Shown in pieces: positions 56,773-64,000 of a DNA stretch of 64,000 bases; the first letter of the stretch is position 1; each line of letters starts with the position of its first letter. The translations under genes and the position numbers were made by a program. The notes under the pieces are model-generated. The model was not told the origin of the DNA and made no database searches. It saw only the letters and a program-made list of their open reading frames with translations. The DNA is from an uncultured virus (IMG/VR IMGVR_UViG_3300027896_000016) (taxonomy: Duplodnaviria; Heunggongvirae; Uroviricota; Caudoviricetes), in IMG/VR virus record IMGVR_UViG_3300027896_000016. One strand, written 5' to 3'.

Positions 56773-56884
56773 GGGCATAGCCGAAATTAAAGGGTTGAAT
56801 AAAATCTTGCTTTTTTGCAGAAAACAAGATTGAAACAACCGCCCCTGCAAGGGAAATTGGCGCATAAGCCAACGACTATTGCCC
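56773..56884 (+). ncRNA. unrecognised kissing-loop RNA, copy 2
   Basis: loops TTGCAG (56815-56820) and CTGCAA (56845-56850); same linker motifs as copy 1. Confidence 0.75.
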
Positions 56885-57006
56885 TTCCCCGATTGTCCTT
56901 ACCGGGCAATCGGGGATTTTTTATTATAGGCTATTATTAGCCGACAATATTCGCTAGAGCGTTCTAGCGAAAATCGAATAAACCCGAGGGATCGAAAGGG
57001 GATCGT

Positions 57007-57525
57007 ATGGCGAATCGAAAGGATAGGTCAATTGCTAGCACGTCTTTTGTGTCGTTTGTTGAGAAGCACAAAGGCAAGACAAAAAAGATTTCAGTCGAAA
57101 AGTTAGACGAATTGCGCGAAGAGTATATAGACGCAATTGGGGAAAACGATAATTTTGAATATGAAGCCGTTCCGATTTCACTGCGAAATATGGTCGAATG
57201 GGAAGATGAAGACGATAATTCGGACAACGATTCGGACGATAATGAAGATATTGACGATGAAGACGATGAAGACGATGAAGACGAAAGGCCGCGCCGAAAA
57301 TTGCGAAATTCGCGCAAATCGCGCAAAGTCGGCAACGCCGATATTTTGGCTGCAATTGTCGGCCTAACGAATGCAATTGCAGGAAAGACAACGCCAAAGC
57401 CGGAACAACCGGAAAAGCCGGAACCTAAACCGGAAACAAAAAAGGATTTGCGGGATCAAGTCGCGGCGCTTAAAGCCGAAATTGCGGCACAAACGGCGCA
57501 AACGGCAACGCCACAAAAGCCGTAA
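57007..57525 (+). CDS. early protein with long acidic tract
   Basis: D/E run; KKDLRDQVAALKAE. Confidence 0.8.
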   Translation: MANRKDRSIASTSFVSFVEKHKGKTKKISVEKLDELREEYIDAIGENDNFEYEAVPISLRNMVEWEDEDDNSDNDSDDNEDIDDEDDEDDEDERPRRKLRNSRKSRKVGNADILAAIVGLTNAIAGKTTPKPEQPEKPEPKPETKKDLRDQVAALKAEIAAQTAQTATPQKP

Positions 57526-57708
57526 TAAATTGAAAATCGGTAGCGGTGCAAAATCCGGGCGAAAGAACCGGACTGCACAGAGTAATTAAGCCGACGTTGC
57601 GAATCGGTCTACCGATTTTCTTTTAACCCCGGTTGCTCGAAAGGGCTTCCGGGGTTTTTCTATTGTGTAGTGTTGGGCAAAGGGAAATTTGGCAAAAAGG
57701 AGAAAAAG

Positions 57709-57966
57709 ATGCATTGGAAATGTCCAATAGAAGATTGTTCTAATTGCACCGGATATCTTTGCGACAAAGCCGATGAAAATGACGATGATTTGTTAGATGA
57801 GGAAATAGATAATAAGCCTTATTGGTTTTGCGAAATGTGCGGATACAAAAACGAAAAGAAGCCTATGCCGCTAGATCGTCAGAAATTTTACGATAAAGTG
57901 GCAAGTTCTCACGCGCCAATTTGCCCGAAATGCAAATCCGAAAGCCTTATGCCAGTAGGATTTTGA
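57709..57966 (+). CDS. zinc-finger protein
   Basis: start after AAGGAG; CPIEDCSNC, CEMC, CPKC. Confidence 0.75.
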   Translation: MHWKCPIEDCSNCTGYLCDKADENDDDLLDEEIDNKPYWFCEMCGYKNEKKPMPLDRQKFYDKVASSHAPICPKCKSESLMPVGF

Positions 57967-58060
57967 ATTAATCCCCAGTAGGCCGAAAGGCTTATCGGGG
58001 ATTTCTTATTTATAGAGAGTTTGTACAAAGGAGAAAGGAATTAGCATAAAGGAGAAAGAA

Positions 58061-59635
58061 ATGGAATTGCTGACAAATGCGCTTAAGGCGCGGATTCCGG
58101 GGATACATTTAAGATCCCTAGAAGAACGGCGAGCACTTGAAACAATTCTGAATTCGGTTCAGGAAATTAATACCGTATCCAAAGACAAAAAAGAACTATG
58201 GATATGGACGCTAAACGCCAAAGGCGCATTTCGAGTCAATCCGAAAAGCACAAAATGGGAATTAGAGCCAATTGGCGACGACACTATTTCTTTCGATCAG
58301 GCTATGGATAAGTTTAATTCTTTGGGCGACAACGAAACAAATCCACGAATTGTATTTTGTCTACTCGATCCTTGGGATAGCTTGACGCAAGCCATAAATT
58401 TGCGAATTTTGCGCGATTCTCTGGCTAACTCCCGAGCAAACGGACAATGTATTATTCTTTTGGGCAAATCGTGGCAGATTCCAGAGGAAATTCAACAAGA
58501 TGTTATGATCTTAGATATCAATTTGCCAACAGTTGACGAAATTATTTATTATATCGGAGCCTTGTGCGATCAATACGTTCAAAGATTTGGCGGAAAAATT
58601 AAAGTAGAAAAAGATATTATACCGGAGTTCGCAAAAGTATGTTCCGGTTTGACATTCAACGAGATTAAGAATATCGTCAGTCTTTCTATTGTAGAGTACA
58701 AGGAAATTTCGCCCAAATGTATCGCGCTTGCTAACGATAATAAGAAACAAATCGTTAGCCGGGACGGTACGCTTTATTTCGAGGAATTGCTAAAGAGCAT
58801 AGACGATATCGGCGGCATGGGCAATTTGAAAAGATGGATTTTCCGGCGCAAAAAGACGAATCAAGACGCCGCGCAAAAGAAAGGTATCTATAACCCAAAG
58901 GGTGTGTTGCTTATTGGCCCGCCGGGTACGGGAAAGTCGGCTTGCAGCAAAGCCATTTCGACTATCTTTAATGTGCCGCTTTTAACTCTGAATATGGATC
59001 GAATATTGAATAAGTGGGTAGGGGAAAGTGAAAGCAATATGAGAAAAGCCTTTAAAACGGCAGAGGCATGTGCCCCGTGCTGTTTAAGGATTGACGAAAT
59101 TGATAAAGCATTTGCCGCCGACACTTCGGGAGTCGGCACAAAGCTATTGGGACAAATTTTAACGTGGATGCAAGAAAAAACGGCTAGAGTCTTTATTATT
59201 GCTACAGCTAATTCGATTGAAAACCTACCTGCACCCCTATTCAGAAAAGGACGATTCAATGCGCTTTTCTTTGTTGATATGCCCGGCCTATCGGCTAGGC
59301 GCGACATTTTCAAGATTTACCTGAAAAAGTGCAAATTTGAGATTTCCGACAAAGATCTCAATATTCTAGCACAAAAGACCGATAATTATAATGGCGCGGA
59401 AATTGAAGATATTGTTCAAGATGCTTTGATCGAAGCGTTTGACGCCGATAGGGATATGGTAATTGACGATTTGCTCAGAGCAATTTCTGAAGCAACGCCG
59501 ATTGCTATAACAATGTCGGAACAAGTTGACGCTATTCGGAAATGGGCCAAAGACAAAAAGGCCCAAATGGCCGATTTGCCCGAAAAGGCCGAAAAGAAAG
59601 GGGGGCTTTCTCTCCCCGATCTAGATCTAAACTAA
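58061..59635 (+). CDS. Ycf46-like AAA+ ATPase
   Basis: GPPGTGKS, KWVGESE, IDEIDK, ATAN, RKGRF; degenerate N-terminal AAA domain. Confidence 0.9.
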   Translation: MELLTNALKARIPGIHLRSLEERRALETILNSVQEINTVSKDKKELWIWTLNAKGAFRVNPKSTKWELEPIGDDTISFDQAMDKFNSLGDNETNPRIVFCLLDPWDSLTQAINLRILRDSLANSRANGQCIILLGKSWQIPEEIQQDVMILDINLPTVDEIIYYIGALCDQYVQRFGGKIKVEKDIIPEFAKVCSGLTFNEIKNIVSLSIVEYKEISPKCIALANDNKKQIVSRDGTLYFEELLKSIDDIGGMGNLKRWIFRRKKTNQDAAQKKGIYNPKGVLLIGPPGTGKSACSKAISTIFNVPLLTLNMDRILNKWVGESESNMRKAFKTAEACAPCCLRIDEIDKAFAADTSGVGTKLLGQILTWMQEKTARVFIIATANSIENLPAPLFRKGRFNALFFVDMPGLSARRDIFKIYLKKCKFEISDKDLNILAQKTDNYNGAEIEDIVQDALIEAFDADRDMVIDDLLRAISEATPIAITMSEQVDAIRKWAKDKKAQMADLPEKAEKKGGLSLPDLDLN

Positions 59636-59731
59636 AACATATTAATTAAAACCCCGATAGGCTTAATTGCTTATCGGGGTTTTATTATGTGTGGACATTT
59701 TTGTTAGGCTTTAGCAAAAAGGAGAAAGAAA

Positions 59732-59926
59732 ATGGCTGCGGGAGATTTGATTAAAGTCGAAATTGACAAAGAGGGAAAGGTACGACTTTCAATAATCTCG
59801 AACGATCCCAAACACGGGGATCTATTAGAACCATTCGAAAATATAGTTTCGAATGGAAATGCGAAATTGGTTGAAAAACACCGTTGCGATCATTCGCATA
59901 GTGTTGGGCATACGCATAGCCATTAA
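59732..59926 (+). CDS. DUF2997-like small protein
   Basis: IKVEIDKEGKV; His-rich end; context next to the Ycf46-like ATPase. Confidence 0.6.
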   Translation: MAAGDLIKVEIDKEGKVRLSIISNDPKHGDLLEPFENIVSNGNAKLVEKHRCDHSHSVGHTHSH

Positions 59927-59963
59927 TTGTGCGAAATTAAACCTTAAAATAAAGGAGAAAATC

Positions 59964-60287
59964 ATGCCTTGCTGGACTGTCGTAAAAGTGCCTTTAGAGA
60001 TGGACATTAAGGGCAACAATAAAGACATAGAAGAAGCCCTAAATAGAATGGGCTATGGAATTGACGTTAAGCGCGAGGGTTTTATTCGTGCAGATAACGT
60101 TACTTTGACAAAAACCGGCGATTCGTGGCGTCTTTCGACGCCGAACAAGACTTTCGATAGAAAGAAGTTTATTCAGGAAATGAGTCGGGCAAAAATCTTG
60201 AATGAGGCCAAGCGCAAAAATTATAAGGTCATTCAAGATGAAATTGACAAAAACGGCAATTTGTTAATGCGAATGATGGTGAGATAA
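59964..60287 (+). CDS. DUF1257/Ycf35-like protein
   Basis: start MPCWTV after AAGGAG; EALNRMGY...AKRKNYKV...NGNLLM. Confidence 0.65.
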   Translation: MPCWTVVKVPLEMDIKGNNKDIEEALNRMGYGIDVKREGFIRADNVTLTKTGDSWRLSTPNKTFDRKKFIQEMSRAKILNEAKRKNYKVIQDEIDKNGNLLMRMMVR

Positions 60288-60296
60288 CCGAAAATA

Positions 60297-60422
60297 AAAT
60301 TGGGTAACGATTTGCAGCGTCTTTTGGGATGGATTTTTGGTGATTTACTCTGCAAAAACCAAAGACCATTAGCCCGACTGGCTTATATTTCTTTAGCTAG
60401 GAAATAATAAGCTACCCAATTT
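60297..60422 (+). ncRNA. multibranch RNA with possible loop-loop pairing
   Basis: closing stem AAATTGGGTA/TACCCAATTT; TTTGCAG (60311-60317) complementary to CTGCAAA (60350-60356). Confidence 0.55.
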
Positions 60423-60511
60423 GGCCCCGATAGCCTTCCCGGTTGTCGGGGCTTTATTATTGACAGACATTGTGTAGTCAAAGGCGAAATTTTAGCAAAA
60501 GGAGAAAGATC

Positions 60512-61561
60512 ATGGTTGTAAAAGAAATTTCGGACATTGGTTACACTTTTTTTACTGATAATTTGCCCGCTGCAATTACAGTAGAAAAGGTCAAGTCGGC
60601 CCTTGAAGTCGCAAATCTCGATCCAGAAATGGCGCGAGAATTAGCAAAAAGGTTCTGTTTCGCACGGGCCAAAAACCATATGCATGATTTGGGCTTGATA
60701 GATCAAGTTATTGAAGACGAAAAACGCTGGATGTTCCAGTTAAGTAAGCGTTATTTCGAGCAAGAAGGAATTACTTACGAGAAACAAGCAATATTCTGGT
60801 ATAACAAAGAAAGCCAAAGTATTGACTCTGACGACGAAAAAGTCAAAGCCAGAGTTGAAGAGTTATTTGCGCGTTTTGGTGAAGTTTACTTGCCGTCGGA
60901 TTTGACGAAAATAATCAACAAGATCTTTAATCGTCAAAAAGGTATGATTGCCCTTAGACGGCATGGCGCAATTTACTTTGTGCCCGAAAAGTATCGGGAA
61001 CTGCTAGACAAAATAATAATCTTTATGTGTGAAATCAGCGCTGATTGCGTTGTCTGCAATGTCGGCGCAAGTTCAAAGGGCGGAGTTAAGGAAAAAGCAA
61101 TGTCGATGTTGAAAGACGACGTTCGCAATTTCCTTGAGAAAGTCAGTCAAGATGTTAAAGACCTTGACGCGGCTGTTAAGAACAAAGACGGCCCGAAGAA
61201 ACAAGAACGGCGTATTTTGCAGAACCGCTTTGACGAATTGTTCAATGAAATACAGAGAATCGCCAATTTCTGTATCTCGTGCGGCGAGGATTTTGCCAAG
61301 TATATCAAGGAAATCAAGACCGAAGAAATTAATTTGGCTGCAATCTTCGAAGCTGACTGCGATCCGGCAATTCTTGCAGCCGTCGCGCAAGGCGGCAATT
61401 TGTCGCAAACAATGGCGCGAATTGTTAAAGGTATCACGTTAGATCAGGAATTGCCCGTTGTAGACGTGGCAAAAGTTCAGGCAGTCGAGCTAATTTTGGC
61501 GGAATCCAAGAAAAAGCCCGATTTGCCCGTTGTGCAAGTCGGAGCAATGCCGCAAATTTAA
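60512..61561 (+). CDS. DUF6744/DUF3150-like protein
   Basis: start MVVKE after AAGGAG; LRRHGAIYFVP motif. Confidence 0.65.
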   Translation: MVVKEISDIGYTFFTDNLPAAITVEKVKSALEVANLDPEMARELAKRFCFARAKNHMHDLGLIDQVIEDEKRWMFQLSKRYFEQEGITYEKQAIFWYNKESQSIDSDDEKVKARVEELFARFGEVYLPSDLTKIINKIFNRQKGMIALRRHGAIYFVPEKYRELLDKIIIFMCEISADCVVCNVGASSKGGVKEKAMSMLKDDVRNFLEKVSQDVKDLDAAVKNKDGPKKQERRILQNRFDELFNEIQRIANFCISCGEDFAKYIKEIKTEEINLAAIFEADCDPAILAAVAQGGNLSQTMARIVKGITLDQELPVVDVAKVQAVELILAESKKKPDLPVVQVGAMPQI

Positions 61562-61638
61562 CAAAGATCCCCGGTAGCTACTTAAAGCCACCGGGGATCT
61601 TTGTTTAGGCCGAAATTTTTAATAAAGGAGAAATAATC

Positions 61639-61863
61639 ATGGTTTGGTCAGATGAAAAAGAAGCCGAAATGATTAAATTTGTCGAAAATAAGTTTGATTT
61701 AACTTTTTGTAAGGCAATAACCTATACTTCCAGTCAAGAACAGCCAAGATGGATGGAATTTGCTGATAAAAGACAAAACAGTGTTTTGTTTTACTTCAAT
61801 GGTGAAGAGTTGTGGGGACCGTGGATTACGCGCGAAAACCAGCCAATTTGGAAATTGGAGTAA
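61639..61863 (+). CDS. hypothetical protein
   Basis: RBS AAGGAG. Confidence 0.7.
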   Translation: MVWSDEKEAEMIKFVENKFDLTFCKAITYTSSQEQPRWMEFADKRQNSVLFYFNGEELWGPWITRENQPIWKLE

Positions 61864-61868
61864 TAATC

Positions 61869-62186
61869 ATGCCGCCAGAAAATTACGCTGAATTAACATC
61901 AAAAACATTTCAAGCTGTACTTAAAACAATTGAAAAATGGCGGATTAATAAAGAAATTACCAAACAAATGAATGAATATAACAAAAAAATATTTAAAGAA
62001 GTCGGTTGTATTTATGGGGATGAAAATTTAATGATGGATGATAAAGACAGTGAATGGAGCGAAACTACGCCATTAGACGAAAATCTAAGAGAAGAGATTA
62101 ATAGAAATCAAAAGCCAAAACCAGAAACACCAGAAATTACTGGAGAATTGCCGATTGTCGAAGGTAAAATGCCAATTCCCAAATAG
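61869..62186 (+). CDS. hypothetical protein
   Basis: start MPPENY after GGAG. Confidence 0.65.
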   Translation: MPPENYAELTSKTFQAVLKTIEKWRINKEITKQMNEYNKKIFKEVGCIYGDENLMMDDKDSEWSETTPLDENLREEINRNQKPKPETPEITGELPIVEGKMPIPK

Positions 62187-62196
62187 GGGATAATCC

Positions 62197-62655
62197 ATGC
62201 CGAAAAATAGCACACTAAAAATAGTGATTTCGTGGGACGAAAACGAAATTGTTCAAAGAGAACGAGATCGGCGGGCCGAAAATTGCCGCACTTTTGGCGA
62301 ATATGAAGTAATTGACGAAAAGATTTGGAATGACGGCAAATTTTGGGACCGCGAATGCGAAAAGGCCCGAAAGGCAATTTTTGAATTGTCCCGGCGGCAT
62401 ATTAAACGCGGCCAAATTTGGCTAAAATTAGATTCTAATGGGTTCAGTAATCAATCAAGATCTTATTTAAACAATTTCTTCGCAGATTTCGACGATTGCG
62501 AGTATGAATCTTTTAAGATCTATGAATCAGAGGCCCAAATCGTTGTTAAATTATTTAATCCAGACGACGATAAAGAAATAACATTTAGTTTAGAGGCAAT
62601 AGATAGGCCGAAAATTCGCAAAAGAAAGATTAAACCAAGAAAACACAAAAACTGA
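62197..62655 (+). CDS. hypothetical protein
   Basis: RBS AGGGG. Confidence 0.7.
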   Translation: MPKNSTLKIVISWDENEIVQRERDRRAENCRTFGEYEVIDEKIWNDGKFWDRECEKARKAIFELSRRHIKRGQIWLKLDSNGFSNQSRSYLNNFFADFDDCEYESFKIYESEAQIVVKLFNPDDDKEITFSLEAIDRPKIRKRKIKPRKHKN

Positions 62656-62717
62656 ACATAAGCCTCTGAAGAGGCAAGTTTTATTAAGTCTCTTTTTAGA
62701 GACAAAAGGAGAAAGCA

Positions 62718-63278
62718 ATGAACACGATTTTGGAGCAATTGGGATCTTTGAGCAAAAGAATCGAAGAGCAAGAAGTTGATCTAGTCGAGCAAATCGACAT
62801 GCTCAGATTGCTATGGCAAAAGAAATTAAACGATCAGTTTACATTCAAAAAGGACGATATTATCAAGCCCTGGACGCGCAAGGTCTTTGTCGAGCAAGTA
62901 TCGGTTGAGCCAAACATTGAATTTTCGATTTGCTTCGATGGATACGAGAGAACCGGAACTTTGCTTACTATGCGAAATTTCGAGGGTACGAAAGACATTT
63001 TCTATTGCCATATTGCTCAAAGTAAAGAATTGCGTATTTTGGCTTATAGAACAAGTAACGGTGTGCGGCGATATTTTCTTAGATACGTCCCGCCGCAATT
63101 TTATACCTATAGAGACGGAGAAGACCCGGCGAAAGTCGGCGCTTTGAAGGCTATTTTGATTAACGGGCCGCAATGGCCTAGCAAGATTATTCACACGATT
63201 GAGATTATTCGTTGGGGAAAGAACCGTAACCCTCAATATACTGCACCGCGAAGCATTTTGTGCAAGATTATTGATTAG
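62718..63278 (+). CDS. hypothetical protein
   Basis: RBS AAGGAG. Confidence 0.7.
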   Translation: MNTILEQLGSLSKRIEEQEVDLVEQIDMLRLLWQKKLNDQFTFKKDDIIKPWTRKVFVEQVSVEPNIEFSICFDGYERTGTLLTMRNFEGTKDIFYCHIAQSKELRILAYRTSNGVRRYFLRYVPPQFYTYRDGEDPAKVGALKAILINGPQWPSKIIHTIEIIRWGKNRNPQYTAPRSILCKIID

Positions 63279-63288
63279 AAAGGGGAAT

Positions 63289-63489
63289 ATGAAACCATAC
63301 CTAGTAACACGAAAAATTATATTCGAAACTGAGCAACAAATCATATGCAATAACAAACGCGAAGCAAAAGCATCAGATATGAAAATAATAAGTGCTGCTA
63401 TTGCTGAAATGGTAAGAAAATATAATCTTCATAACCCCTACGAATGTCTTGAAGTAGAAATCAAAAACGTCAAAATCGAAGAAATGTAA
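63289..63489 (+). CDS. hypothetical protein
   Basis: start MKPYLV after AAGGGG. Confidence 0.65.
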   Translation: MKPYLVTRKIIFETEQQIICNNKREAKASDMKIISAAIAEMVRKYNLHNPYECLEVEIKNVKIEEM

Positions 63490-63562
63490 GATCAATCCCC
63501 GGTAGCTTCTTATAGAGGCTATCGGGGATTTTTGTTTGGGCCACAAAAAAAAGGAGAGAGAA

Positions 63563-63805
63563 ATGACAAAAGAAGAGAAGACCGAAGTTTTGAGAAATGC
63601 GCTCGTAATGGAAATCAAAAATCGTATAATAATTGCAAGTTGCAAGAGAAAGGCGGTAATTTGGACAAATTATCTCAATAAAGTTGATAAAAATAAAAAA
63701 TTACCGCAAAATTCCGACGTAGTAGATGTATTTGTATGGATTTGGAGAAATATGAAATGTATTCGCGGAAATTATCAAAAATTCTTTAATATTTTCTTTG
63801 CTTGA
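63563..63805 (+). CDS. hypothetical protein
   Basis: start MTKEE after AAGGAG. Confidence 0.65.
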   Translation: MTKEEKTEVLRNALVMEIKNRIIIASCKRKAVIWTNYLNKVDKNKKLPQNSDVVDVFVWIWRNMKCIRGNYQKFFNIFFA

Positions 63806-63887
63806 ACTAATCCCCGGTAGCTTATAGTATAGGCTATCGGGGATTTATTATTTACACATACAAATTGCCAATAAAAGGAGAAATAAA

Positions 63888-64000
63888 ATGGCTGAAACAA
63901 TAATGCGCCAGTTACAAAATGCAGTACCGGAAATGGCAAAAGAAGCAATGGCTATTCAAAAGAAACAAGAATTCAATCTAGAGGCGAAAATTAAAACTTT
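63888..64000 (+). CDS. hypothetical protein, truncated by the window edge
   Basis: AAGGAG then MAETIMRQLQ, open to the end. Confidence 0.65.
   Translation, partial: MAETIMRQLQNAVPEMAKEAMAIQKKQEFNLEAKIKT

Larger units (their letters stand above)
56685..63845 (+). repeat. dispersed CCCCG(G/A)TAG...CTATCGGGG hairpin, 9 copies
   Basis: at 56685, 56886, 57625, 57970, 59648, 60424, 61561, 63494, 63809; all intergenic and followed by a T-rich tract. Confidence 0.9.

Noticed and set aside
54970..57000. tRNA genes
   Set aside because: No cloverleaf with a TTCRA T-loop was found by eye.
57532..57620. c-di-GMP-I riboswitch
   Set aside because: GCAAA..GAAA..GGAC resembles P2, but the P3 tetraloop receptor is missing.
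56685..63845. CRISPR array or integron attC array
   Set aside because: Repeats are separated by whole genes, have variable loops and lack GTTRRRY/RYYYAAC ends; no cas or integrase gene in the window.

Overview
The window looks like most of a bacterial virus genome, probably circular, with two divergent arms. (1) A ~54 kb minus-strand arm (54933 down to 668) is late/structural. It encodes candidate jelly-roll capsid proteins, an Arg-rich core protein, a transglutaminase-like Cys protease, spike/fibre proteins (three separate paralog triplets), about 25 small single-TM membrane proteins, RuvC, and soluble cargo-type proteins (GHKL ATPase, PcfJ-like, zincin, HAD). I see no terminase, portal, HK97 capsid, tail tube/sheath or FtsK/A32 packaging ATPase in it, so a large tailless membrane-containing virus is inferred. 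Many of these proteins share a basic-Asn(-Pro) motif or a GLG motif. Two non-autonomous IsrB (OMEGA) elements with omega-RNAs are inserted at 22.6-25.9 kb; one is flanked by a synonymously recoded copy of the gene start it disrupted. (2) A plus-strand early arm starts near 55.6 kb, runs off the right edge and probably re-enters at 1-609. It encodes a Ycf46-like AAA+ module and small proteins, and is unusually rich in RNA structure: a ~430-nt structured leader, two homologous copies of an unrecognised kissing-loop RNA with covarying loops, nine copies of a conserved intergenic hairpin, and a 47-nt trailer at 606-652 that is complementary (with G-U wobbles) to the leader at 55797-55876. All family assignments come from motif recognition by eye; no searches were run.
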